Shown here: positions 9,179-17,311 of the stretch, piece after piece | How the letters are laid out: each line of letters begins with the position of its first letter | How positions within the stretch are numbered: the first letter of the stretch is position 1 | NCBI RefSeq assembly: GCF_000011805.1 | Contig: NC_006841.2 | Source of the DNA: Aliivibrio fischeri ES114 | GTDB lineage: Bacteria > Pseudomonadota > Gammaproteobacteria > Enterobacterales > Vibrionaceae | DNA length: 32,000 nt | Direction: 5' to 3' (one strand) | The notes under the pieces: model-generated | Databases searched by the model: none | Told to the model about the DNA's origin: nothing | What the model saw: only the letters and a program-made list of their open reading frames with translations | Position numbers and translations under genes: made by a program

Positions 9179-10596
9179 TTGGAAAATACCTCTAATGTCT
9201 GATCTAAAATGGATAGCAAGCGTTTTACCTTATCTCCATCTGGCAAGCGAGGTTCATAACTTAATAACCAATGAGCCTTAGTTTTTGTCTCTGATGCAAT
9301 TTCCTTTGACTGACAAATGTCATCCAGCACCTCTATAACTTGGCTTAAGAGATACTCATTGTTGTTTCCAGGGTTGTGAAATAGCGTTGCCAGTTGATAG
9401 TCCGAGGAACGCTCACCATATGGCGTCGCATCGACCAGTGTATTTGTTGCCATATCGTACACACAGCAATTCTTTGCGCTTATGTCAGATACAATAAGTG
9501 GTGAGTGTGTTGCGATAAGGAAGTGACAGCCACGATAGCTTGAAAACGATTCACTTAATATATCAACGAAGCGTTCCTGCCATTGGGGATGGAGACTAAT
9601 TTCAGGTTCGTCAATGCAGATCAGCGCATTGTCTTCTATGGACGATATAATGCCCATAAACAGCAGAAACAAGCATTGTTCGCCAGAACTACGCTTTGAT
9701 AAAGACGAGATAGCGGAACTTTCGATATCTACAATAGATTGGTCGTTTATCAGCGATTTATCTTTCATTGTTTGTATGCTTGAAAGAGTAATCAATCCTG
9801 CTCTGAGCATTCTTGAAATGATGAGTTTAGAGAAAGGTTTTTGTTCAGAGTCCTTCAGATGGATAAGATTAAGGTTTTGATTACCTACGGTTAATGCAAA
9901 TGCAGGTGCCTCTACAATTCTTTCGCAATAACTCAGTAGCTCAACCAACTCCATTTCATCGTGTTCGATATAGGCATTTTTCAAAATTAATTGAGTTTCA
10001 GGCTCAGTTGATGACTGATTTTGGATATTCTTCAGATCTTCGTTAGGGAATGTGAGTTCGAATTTCAGGAGCAATTTTTGACCAAAATCGAACTTCGATA
10101 AAAATCCGACCAGAGCCTTGTGCTTACGTTTTTCGAAATACTCTGCCCCTAACAACTGTTGAATGGCTTTTGATGCAATACGCGTCGATGGAGACAACGA
10201 TGGCATATAAGGTTTAGATCCAATATATGCGTAGAAACCTGACGGCACTGCATCATTTCGAACGATCCAATTAGCTTTAAATTTTTCAAACTGGCTAGTG
10301 GAGGCTGCAATCAGTTTTCTAGGTAAACGGTGCCCATACTCACGCTCTACTGTTTTCCAATTGTGTGGTGAAAAGTCTTCTCTGAGATAGTGAACAGCAG
10401 ATGCTACATGGGTATCCTTTTCAAGTAAGGCACTAGTGTAATAACTGTGGTACTTGTTGCATGTATCAATCAAAAGCTCGGTTTTACCACAGCCATTATT
10501 TCCGATGATAACCGTAAACGCATTACGCTCATCATCTTCTTTATTCCAGAGAACGTGATCCCTTACTTTTTTAACTCTAAAACCCATGATTGCCAC
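9175..10596 (-). CDS. ABC/SMC-like ATPase (AAA_15/AAA_21 type, PtuA-like; candidate defence ATPase)
   Basis: 473 aa. Walker A GNNGCGKT (aa 32-39, nt 10480-10503). A ~260-aa insert follows. Then a signature-like SSGEQ (aa 303-307), Walker B LICIDEPE (aa 325-332, nt 9601-9624) and H-loop ATHSP (aa 362-366). No permease partner is present. It is translationally coupled to the HNH gene. Confidence 0.85.
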   Translation of the reverse strand: MAIMGFRVKKVRDHVLWNKEDDERNAFTVIIGNNGCGKTELLIDTCNKYHSYYTSALLEKDTHVASAVHYLREDFSPHNWKTVEREYGHRLPRKLIAASTSQFEKFKANWIVRNDAVPSGFYAYIGSKPYMPSLSPSTRIASKAIQQLLGAEYFEKRKHKALVGFLSKFDFGQKLLLKFELTFPNEDLKNIQNQSSTEPETQLILKNAYIEHDEMELVELLSYCERIVEAPAFALTVGNQNLNLIHLKDSEQKPFSKLIISRMLRAGLITLSSIQTMKDKSLINDQSIVDIESSAISSLSKRSSGEQCLFLLFMGIISSIEDNALICIDEPEISLHPQWQERFVDILSESFSSYRGCHFLIATHSPLIVSDISAKNCCVYDMATNTLVDATPYGERSSDYQLATLFHNPGNNNEYLLSQVIEVLDDICQSKEIASETKTKAHWLLSYEPRLPDGDKVKRLLSILDQTLEVFSK

Positions 10597-10635
10597 TAAA
10601 GTATCTGATTTAAAAGTTTATTTTACACTTGCTCT

Positions 10636-10650
10636 CAATATAAACAAATG
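10636..10650 (-). repeat. Right copy of the 15-bp perfect inverted repeat flanking the ATPase-HNH cassette
   Basis: CAATATAAACAAATG at 10636-10650 is the reverse complement of 8398-8412. It lies 40 bp upstream of the ATPase start and overlaps a plausible minus-strand promoter (TTGTTT, 16 nt spacer, TAAAAT). Confidence 0.6.
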
Positions 10651-10995
10651 CAATTAGATATATTTTTTATTGATAGTTTTTAGTGTGAGTAAACAAAACT
10701 GAATGACGATTTTTAAATACAGAAGGGAATAATTTTAGCAAGGAATGAGGCAATAACAAATCAGCTATTCCCCTTGAGCGTAATAGTGTTCTACACCTCT
10801 CCAGTCACCGCACATTGGCCTTCAATTACTACCTTCGGTTTCTTCTCTAATATCTCAAGCACAATCAACCTATCTGCAAAACTGCTCCTAAGCGATTTAA
10901 CATTCTTTGACAGATAGCGCTTACACGATTAGCCTGAGAGTCTCTTAGTGGAATAGCCTTTTGTTTGTCGTTTTAAAATGCAGTAGGGAAGCGGA

Positions 10996-11835
10996 ATGAA
11001 TTTAAATTTTATCAAACATTTTCTGGCAGTGTATGACTTTGGTAGCGTGACAAAAGCGGCGGATTATTTAAATATTACGCAGCCCTCAATGAGCAGTGCG
11101 ATCAAAAAATTTGAAGAGAGTTATGGGCAACCATTATTTCTAAAAGTAGGGCGCTCTCTTGAGCCAACCGATGCCGCCCATTCATTAGCTTATCAAGTTC
11201 GACCTATCATGGAGCAATTAGTCATGGCGTTGGAATCTCCACGTCGTTTGATAGTGAGTGCACCAGAAATCGTTTTGCAATCTCTGCCTGATATGGACGA
11301 TGCTTTGCTGACTGAAAGCCCAGCGGTTGAGTACCAAATGCTGGATAAAATTCGCTCTGGTGAAGTGGATATATTGATTGATGATATTACGGTAACGGAC
11401 TACACCTTTGTGACTGAAAGTTTAGGCAAAATGGATATCGCTTTTGCATGTCGAAATGATCATCCAACTATCCTTGGCTATTCATTAAGTTTAGAGCAAT
11501 TTAACCAAGCTGAGCATGTCATGCTTAAACTGAAAAATGAGAATGTGGGCGCGTTTGAAACTCGTCCTGATGAGATATTTGAGCGTAACATTGTTCGTGA
11601 AGTGAGTGGGCCATCTAACTTATTGTTGAGTGTGAGGAATACGGATGCGATCTGCATTGTGGCTGAAAGTATGTTTGGTTTAGCTCAAGAGCTCGGTTTA
11701 AAGGTATTAGAGTCTCCTTTTCCATTACAGCCTTATGAGATAAAGCTGATTTACCACCGTCGTAATATCACCAATAAAACGCATAAATACATACGTGAAC
11801 AGATCAAATCAAGGCTGAGTGAACTTCATCAATAA
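10996..11835 (+). CDS. LysR-family transcriptional regulator
   Basis: 279 aa. N-terminal HTH (MNLNFIKHFLAVYDFGSVTKAADYLNITQPSMSSAIKKFEESYGQPLFLKVGR). GGGAAGCGGA lies upstream of the ATG. Confidence 0.85.
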   Translation: MNLNFIKHFLAVYDFGSVTKAADYLNITQPSMSSAIKKFEESYGQPLFLKVGRSLEPTDAAHSLAYQVRPIMEQLVMALESPRRLIVSAPEIVLQSLPDMDDALLTESPAVEYQMLDKIRSGEVDILIDDITVTDYTFVTESLGKMDIAFACRNDHPTILGYSLSLEQFNQAEHVMLKLKNENVGAFETRPDEIFERNIVREVSGPSNLLLSVRNTDAICIVAESMFGLAQELGLKVLESPFPLQPYEIKLIYHRRNITNKTHKYIREQIKSRLSELHQ

Positions 11836-11983
11836 TTCATAGATAAAAACTATATATCGCATAGTTAATGGTCAATAGTTTATCGTTATCAATCATCATA
11901 GTATTACCTAATTGCAATCTAATTCATTAATCTTTAATGGAAAATTGAATTGATTTTAACGATAGGTAAACCGGAGTTATTTG

Positions 11984-12070
11984 ATGAAATTTGATAAAGA
12001 TGTTGTTATTCCTCGTACATTAATTGCCACTATTATCGCTGTTTTAATTATTGCCCCTAATGTAGGGTAA
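11984..12070 (+). CDS. Possible small membrane peptide (28 aa), unannotated small ORF
   Basis: ATG 11984 is preceded by GGAG (11973-11976) at 7-nt spacing. It encodes MKFDKDVVIPRTLIATIIAVLIIAPNVG, a single hydrophobic helix. It sits in an otherwise empty 273-bp gap. There is no other support. Confidence 0.25.
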   Translation: MKFDKDVVIPRTLIATIIAVLIIAPNVG

Positions 12071-12108
12071 GCGTTTCGTCTTCATATTTGAAATGAAAAT
12101 AACTGCTG

Positions 12109-13461
12109 TTATAAGCGTACTCTTGTTTCAATCGGTTTTTGAGGTGATTGAGCTTGTAAAAAGGGCAGAAGCAGTAACCCTATGACAGCAGCACAAGTCG
12201 AAATGGTGATAAAGAACCCTGTCCATCCATAGGTTTCTAAAATCACCGCTAATGGGTAGCCTGAAAGCGCTGCCCCCATATAAGCAAATAATCCAACAAA
12301 CCCTGTAGCGGCGCCTGCCGAGTCTTTGTGTGAGCATTCAGCCGCAGCCATACCAATTAACATTTGTGGTCCAAAAACAAAGAAACCAACAGAAAATAGC
12401 CCAGCAGCTTGAAACACAAAATTGGTTAACGGCATAAGCCATAACGCTGAAACGGAAAGAAAAATACCAATAGCGAACAAAATATTCATAGGTCCACGAT
12501 TGCCCCCAAAGAGCTTGTCAGAACCCCATCCAGCAACAAGAGAGCCCACAAAACCGCCAATTTCAAATAGGGATAATGCGGCATTTGCATTAATTAAGCT
12601 GTAGTTGTGTTCTTCTGTGAGATACAGGTTTCCCCAGTCATTGACTGCGGTTCTTACGATGTAAACCAATACATAGCTAAAAGCGAGTAACCAAATGTAC
12701 TTATTACTAAACACATAGGTTTTTAAAATCTCTCGATAGCTTAATCCTTGGCCATGGTTTTCTTGTGCGAGCTCTAGTGGATCATTACGCCATTTTCCTA
12801 CACTAGGTAAGCCCATGGTGGTGGGTTTATCACGTAGACGCCAACATACAATAAGTCCAATTGCGACACCAATAATACCCGGTAAGATAAAACCTTCTCG
12901 CCAACTGTAATGAAGGGTTAAATAGCCCACAAGAATAGGGATTAGCGCTCCACCGATGTTGTGTGCTGTGTTCCATATTGCCCAACGGAACCCTCTTTCA
13001 GATCGAGAGTACCAAGTGGTGAGGAGCTTTGAACATGAAGGCCAACCCCATCCTTGAAACCATGCATTAAGTACCCACAGAGAGATAAAAGCCGCTAATG
13101 AACTAGAGAAGCCAAAAGCAATATTAATCAGTCCGGTGGCAATTAATCCTAGCCCCATAAAATAACGAGGGTTAGAGCGATCAGAAATGGTGCCTGAAAG
13201 AAATTTTGATAAGCCGTACGAGATATAGAAAAGAGTGCCGATTAAACCGAGATCACCTTTATCAAGCCCTAAATCTGTGATCATAGCAGGAGCGGCATAG
13301 TTAAAGGTTTTACGAGTAAAGTAAAAACCAGCATAACCAATGTACATGCCGATCATGATATGTAAACGCCAATAGCGATAACTTTCGTTTACTTGAGTAT
13401 CACTAAGTGTGTTGTCATTTGATGTGGTTGAGCGTAAAAATCCAAACATAGTCATACTCAC
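12109..13461 (-). CDS. uhpC: UhpC, MFS-type glucose-6-phosphate sensor protein
   Basis: 450 aa with strong remembered similarity to E. coli UhpC (YRYWR...FYFTRK...SDRSNPRYFMGLGLIATG...GMAAAECSHKDSAGAATGFVGLFAY). It overlaps the uhpB stop by 4 nt and is the last gene of the uhpABC unit. Confidence 0.88.
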   Translation of the reverse strand: MSMTMFGFLRSTTSNDNTLSDTQVNESYRYWRLHIMIGMYIGYAGFYFTRKTFNYAAPAMITDLGLDKGDLGLIGTLFYISYGLSKFLSGTISDRSNPRYFMGLGLIATGLINIAFGFSSSLAAFISLWVLNAWFQGWGWPSCSKLLTTWYSRSERGFRWAIWNTAHNIGGALIPILVGYLTLHYSWREGFILPGIIGVAIGLIVCWRLRDKPTTMGLPSVGKWRNDPLELAQENHGQGLSYREILKTYVFSNKYIWLLAFSYVLVYIVRTAVNDWGNLYLTEEHNYSLINANAALSLFEIGGFVGSLVAGWGSDKLFGGNRGPMNILFAIGIFLSVSALWLMPLTNFVFQAAGLFSVGFFVFGPQMLIGMAAAECSHKDSAGAATGFVGLFAYMGAALSGYPLAVILETYGWTGFFITISTCAAVIGLLLLPFLQAQSPQKPIETRVRL

Positions 13462-14954
13462 ATTTTTGGTAGTGCAATGCTAATTTGAGTGCCAGGAATC
13501 GAGGTATTGGAATTGATGGCCATTTTCCCACCGAGTGCTTGAACTCGCTCTTGCATACCTCTTACTCCCATTCCATTCATTAAATCTTGGGTTTTAAATC
13601 CAATACCATTGTCGGTAATAAAAAGGCTCACTTGCTCATCAAGAGTAAGCTCGATTCTAATTTCACTGGCTTGTGCGTATTTATAAGCGTTATTGAGTGA
13701 CTCTTGGCATAAGCGGAAGATAGTGACTTTAAGCGTATCGCTTAAGCATGAATAATCACCTTGCCAGTTTAGTTGTATATCAACGCCGTGATCGGAAAAC
13801 TCCATTTCACGGATGAGTTGCTCAACGGATTCTTTTAAATCCAAATCATCCAACATTTTGGGTCTTAACTTGGTTAATAATCGCTTGGTTGTGTCATAAA
13901 CATTGAGTGAGAGTGTCTCGATAGTATCGGCGCAACGAACACTCATCTCAGCGGCATCAATGCGTTTAATTATGCTTGCTTGAGTACGGATAGCCGTGAT
14001 GTTTTGGCCTATTTCATCATGCAATTCACGTGCAATATCACGACGAACCGATTCCTCTGCTGTAATTAATTGGCGTGATAGATTTTGATTACGAGACAGT
14101 TCATTACGTAATTTTTGATTGAGATCTTTCTGCTTTTGAACCGCTAATCCAAGTAAAATACCCGTAATGGTTTGGGCTGAAAGCGATAAAAGTAAATCGG
14201 TAATTTCAAGTTTAGATACGCCACTGTGAGCTGCAATTAATGCCACACTATTAAATAATGTCGCTAATAACGCCCCTTGCCACCCGTATCGTACCGCAAG
14301 CAAAATAATCGGAATTGCCATACAAAAAGGAGCGAAGCGTCTTAACTCATCAGGTAAACTGGTTTGTATTAAAATGCTAGCAACCAACAATAGACTGTAT
14401 AAAGCGATATGACGTATTTTAAATTCAACAGCGGTATTGATTAGGTGGGAGCTCAGTGGTGCCCATTTATTTTGAAATAGATAGTTCCACACTAAATAGC
14501 ACATCGGAACCAGCATTAACCCGCCAGTAATGCTCACAAGCCATACCATGTAAATCGAAGGAACATGAGATCCCACGACCGCAATATTGATGAGTGCGGT
14601 GATCATAATGACGCTTGCCATGATGAGAAGATGACGGTTTTGATCGCCGTAGTAATACCGTTTTGCAAACCACGTAATGGGAATACTTAAGGCACTAGCA
14701 ATAAGAACGGTTAGCCATTGTGGTTCATCAAGTAGTAGAGCTAAAGCGATGGTTAGCCCCCATTCTGCAATGTAAATCGCAGGCCAATAGGAAGGGCGAG
14801 TGTGCAGAGTCATTCCTAAGCGTAGGGAGAAGGGAAATAACAAAATGGCAAGCTCAGGGTCATTAATAAAGTAATAAGCAATGACCCATAAGCAAAACCA
14901 AGCACAAGCGGCCATAAAAGCACCGCACAGTGATGTGGCTAAATAAGAGCGCAT
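13458..14954 (-). CDS. uhpB: UhpB, sensor histidine kinase (MASE1 membrane domain, HisKA_3, HATPase)
   Basis: 498 aa. The N-terminal half is polytopic membrane. H-box ARELHDEIGQNITAI, and a C-terminal ATPase domain (ITDNGIGF...GMGVRGMQERVQALGG). Position and size match E. coli UhpB. A TAATG junction links it to uhpA. Confidence 0.88.
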   Translation of the reverse strand: MRSYLATSLCGAFMAACAWFCLWVIAYYFINDPELAILLFPFSLRLGMTLHTRPSYWPAIYIAEWGLTIALALLLDEPQWLTVLIASALSIPITWFAKRYYYGDQNRHLLIMASVIMITALINIAVVGSHVPSIYMVWLVSITGGLMLVPMCYLVWNYLFQNKWAPLSSHLINTAVEFKIRHIALYSLLLVASILIQTSLPDELRRFAPFCMAIPIILLAVRYGWQGALLATLFNSVALIAAHSGVSKLEITDLLLSLSAQTITGILLGLAVQKQKDLNQKLRNELSRNQNLSRQLITAEESVRRDIARELHDEIGQNITAIRTQASIIKRIDAAEMSVRCADTIETLSLNVYDTTKRLLTKLRPKMLDDLDLKESVEQLIREMEFSDHGVDIQLNWQGDYSCLSDTLKVTIFRLCQESLNNAYKYAQASEIRIELTLDEQVSLFITDNGIGFKTQDLMNGMGVRGMQERVQALGGKMAINSNTSIPGTQISIALPKM

Positions 14955-15562
14955 TAGTATGAATCTTGAGTGAAGAGTTTAGCCAGCTCAACGTTATTTT
15001 TTACGTTAAGTTTATCCATTGCATTAGCGCGGTGAACATGGACGGTTTTATGGCTAAGGCCTAATTCAATGGCAATGGATTTTACGTCTAACCCAGTTGC
15101 AAGTAATTGACAAACTTCGTTTTCACGGCGAGTTAGATGATTTAATGCGGTTTTATTTTTAACAGGTGTGGCCAGTTTAATCGCAATATCTGGCGTAAGG
15201 TAACAACCGCCATTAGCACTGGTTCTTACCGCTTGAATGAGCTCATCAGGGCTGCAACGTTTACTTAGATAGCCTTTTGCTCCCAACTCTAGTGATTTCT
15301 CAACCATGGCTGGAGAGTCATGCACACTGAGCATGATGCTCGCAATACCAGATGGAATATCTTCTAACAGGCTCAATCCACTCTCATCTTGCATCGAAAT
15401 ATCTAAAATGACGACATCAGGATGACAACTTGGTAGTCCACGACGCGCTTCTGCTGCTGAGCTAAATTCCCCAACGACAGAGATATCTGATTCCAAACTA
15501 AGTAATTGAGCGAAACCAGAGCGGACAATGATGTGGTCATCAACAAGTGCAACATTAATCAT
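14954..15562 (-). CDS. uhpA: UhpA, NarL/FixJ-family response regulator
   Basis: 202 aa. Receiver domain ([10 protein letters not shown]...[13 protein letters not shown]) plus a LuxR-type HTH ([43 protein letters not shown]). Confidence 0.88.
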   Translation of the reverse strand: MINVALVDDHIIVRSGFAQLLSLESDISVVGEFSSAAEARRGLPSCHPDVVILDISMQDESGLSLLEDIPSGIASIMLSVHDSPAMVEKSLELGAKGYLSKRCSPDELIQAVRTSANGGCYLTPDIAIKLATPVKNKTALNHLTRRENEVCQLLATGLDVKSIAIELGLSHKTVHVHRANAMDKLNVKNNVELAKLFTQDSY

Positions 15563-15674
15563 GATAAGTAACCAAAATTGGGAATGAAAAGCAAAATAGC
15601 CCCAATGGGAGCGACAAGAATATAAATATAAGGTGGGGTAATGATACTGAATTGAGAACGTTATTGGTATGATC

Positions 15675-15704
15675 TCGCGCGCTTTAGCTAGGTAAAGCGC
15701 GCGA
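15675..15704 (-). terminator. GC-rich perfect hairpin between uhpT and uhpA (terminator or insulator candidate)
   Basis: TCGCGCGCTTTA (15675-15686) pairs perfectly with TAAAGCGCGCGA (15693-15704) around a 6-nt loop. It begins 6 nt after the uhpT stop. No U-tract follows on the minus strand. Confidence 0.4.
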
Positions 15705-15709
15705 AAGTA

Positions 15710-17104
15710 TTACGCTTGTTTTGCAGCTAGGTGCATTTTTTTAGCGTGACGGATTTTCTTCTCTTCGGCGATAGCGACAAACACAAGTAAGAAAATACAG
15801 ATTGCAGCAGAAGTATCTAACGCCGCAAATGTGCCTTTCCAACCGGTTAAGCCAAAGATAGGAGTACCATCTGCAATCATACCAAGGCCTAGTTTTGCAA
15901 AGCTGTCACCAATTAAGTAAGCGAAAGTACCTTTCACACCATCGGCAACACTGATGGCTTTTTTGGGAACAAAACCAACCGCAGCAACACCAATTAATAA
16001 CTGAGGACCAAACACTAAGAAACCAAGTACAAACAGAGAAGCAAGATACATGAACTCACTGGTCGCGTGTTGGTAAAACTCTAGTGACACAATGATTAAG
16101 CCAAGAGAAACACAAGCAACCAAAGCACGACGACCGTTAGCAAGGTCAGATAAATAACCCCACATTAATGTGCCAACAAGAGCGCCGACTTCAAATAGAG
16201 TAAAGCCTGAAATAGCAGTTTCTTTTGATAGACCTAATTCTTGATAAGCGTAAACCGTAGACCATTGATCGATACCAATACGAACAATGTATAAGAAAAT
16301 ATTCGCAAAGCAGAGTAACCAGATCACTTTGTTTTTAAGTACATACTCAACAAAGATCTCTTTTTTCGTCATTTGATTTTCTTCAGCAGCAGTATCTTCT
16401 TCACTGATCTCTTCATCAAAAAGTTCTTCAACTTTACCTAGGCCATAAGCTTCTGGTGAGTCACTACCAAAACGCATACCAATAAAGCCAACAATGATTG
16501 CAATGATAGATGGGAATACGAACATACCGATAACGTTGCCATCAAATAGGTAGTTTGCACCAAATAGAGCAACACCAGCCGCACCAGCACCACCAACGTT
16601 GTGTGACATATTCCAAAGACCTAAATATGAACCACGTTTATTACGAGGCGTCCATTTAGTGATGGTTGAGTAACTTGAAGGACCACCTGTACTTTGGAAA
16701 AAACCACTTAACGCATAGAAAGCGACCATCATGAATAGACTCGCGCTGCCGCCACCCATACTGAAGCTAAAACCTAGCATAGCTAAACCAGAAAGAATCA
16801 GCATGAAAGGTAAGAATTGTTTGGTGTTTTTACCATCAGCATAGTAAGACACAACGGTTTTACCAATACCATAAGTAATTGAAAAGCCAAGACCAATCAG
16901 ACCTAAGTCAGTCATTGATAATCCGTAAGTTGAAATCATGTCGTTTTGTGCGACATTGAAGTTTTTACGGATCAGATACATGGTTAAATAACCAATAAAT
17001 ACAACTAGGTAAGATTGTAGGAAAGGCTTAAACCACATTTTTCTTCGTACTTCTACCGGAAGATCTAATGTTGGTTTTCTAACCTGATCTAAGAACTTTA
17101 ACAT
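15710..17104 (-). CDS. uhpT: UhpT, hexose-6-phosphate:phosphate antiporter (MFS, OPA family)
   Basis: 464 aa, near-collinear with remembered E. coli UhpT ([50 protein letters not shown]...[19 protein letters not shown]...). Confidence 0.92.
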   Translation of the reverse strand: MLKFLDQVRKPTLDLPVEVRRKMWFKPFLQSYLVVFIGYLTMYLIRKNFNVAQNDMISTYGLSMTDLGLIGLGFSITYGIGKTVVSYYADGKNTKQFLPFMLILSGLAMLGFSFSMGGGSASLFMMVAFYALSGFFQSTGGPSSYSTITKWTPRNKRGSYLGLWNMSHNVGGAGAAGVALFGANYLFDGNVIGMFVFPSIIAIIVGFIGMRFGSDSPEAYGLGKVEELFDEEISEEDTAAEENQMTKKEIFVEYVLKNKVIWLLCFANIFLYIVRIGIDQWSTVYAYQELGLSKETAISGFTLFEVGALVGTLMWGYLSDLANGRRALVACVSLGLIIVSLEFYQHATSEFMYLASLFVLGFLVFGPQLLIGVAAVGFVPKKAISVADGVKGTFAYLIGDSFAKLGLGMIADGTPIFGLTGWKGTFAALDTSAAICIFLLVFVAIAEEKKIRHAKKMHLAAKQA

Positions 17105-17180
17105 TGTGAACTCTCTTATAATCTATAAGGATATGTACGGAGTCATGTGCTCCATACTCTCTTTGTTATTTGACAGGAGA

Positions 17181-17186
17181 ATAGTA
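17181..17186 (-). promoter_or_regulatory. Candidate uhpT -10 hexamer (TACTAT on the minus strand)
   Basis: ATAGTA on the + strand reads TACTAT on the minus strand, 77-82 nt upstream of the uhpT ATG. No good -35 is present, as expected for an activator-dependent promoter. This choice places the two upstream sites at -64 and -103.5. Confidence 0.5.
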
Positions 17187-17229
17187 AGGAGTCTAAAAAG
17201 CGACCGCATGAGAGAGGGTCTTAGAATAA

Positions 17230-17246
17230 CTAGGAAAAATTCCTAG
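17230..17246. promoter_or_regulatory. Candidate UhpA-binding palindrome upstream of uhpT
   Basis: CTAGGAA-AAA-TTCCTAG is a perfect 7-3-7 inverted repeat. Its centre (17238) is at -64 relative to the candidate -10, the position of the UhpA-dependent element in the E. coli uhpT promoter. Confidence 0.6.
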
Positions 17247-17269
17247 AAATTGATGAGGGATATAGAAAG

Positions 17270-17285
17270 CGTGAAAAAGCTCACA
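17270..17285. promoter_or_regulatory. Candidate CRP (cAMP receptor protein) site upstream of uhpT
   Basis: CGTGA-AAAAGC-TCACA matches TGTGA-N6-TCACA at 9 of 10 positions. Its centre (17277.5) is at -103.5 relative to the candidate -10, the same position I recall for the CAP site of E. coli uhpT. Confidence 0.6.
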
Positions 17286-17311
17286 TTGTGTATGGTTCTG
17301 TTGAGTGTTTT

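Noticed and set aside
8963-9880. + strand ORFs 8963-9202 (79 aa) and 9614-9880 (88 aa) nested in the defence genes
   Set aside because: They are antisense shadows inside well-supported minus-strand genes. They have no start-site signals and their translations are not protein-like.
8269-10995. Retron (msr-msd ncRNA + RT + PtuAB effector) interpretation of the ATPase-HNH locus
   Set aside because: There is no reverse-transcriptase ORF anywhere in or near the cassette. No long inverted a1/a2-type repeats bracket a structured region upstream. Only the 15-bp flanking repeat was found.
8269-10995. Calling the cassette region a defined mobile element or genomic island
   Set aside because: No integrase, transposase, recombinase, tRNA attachment site or direct repeats were seen. 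The 15-bp inverted repeat alone is not enough to define element ends.
12128-14673. Minor ORFs within uhpC/uhpB (12128-12337, 12422-12604, 14467-14673)
   Set aside because: They are out-of-frame or antisense inside genes that closely match UhpC and UhpB. There is no independent support.
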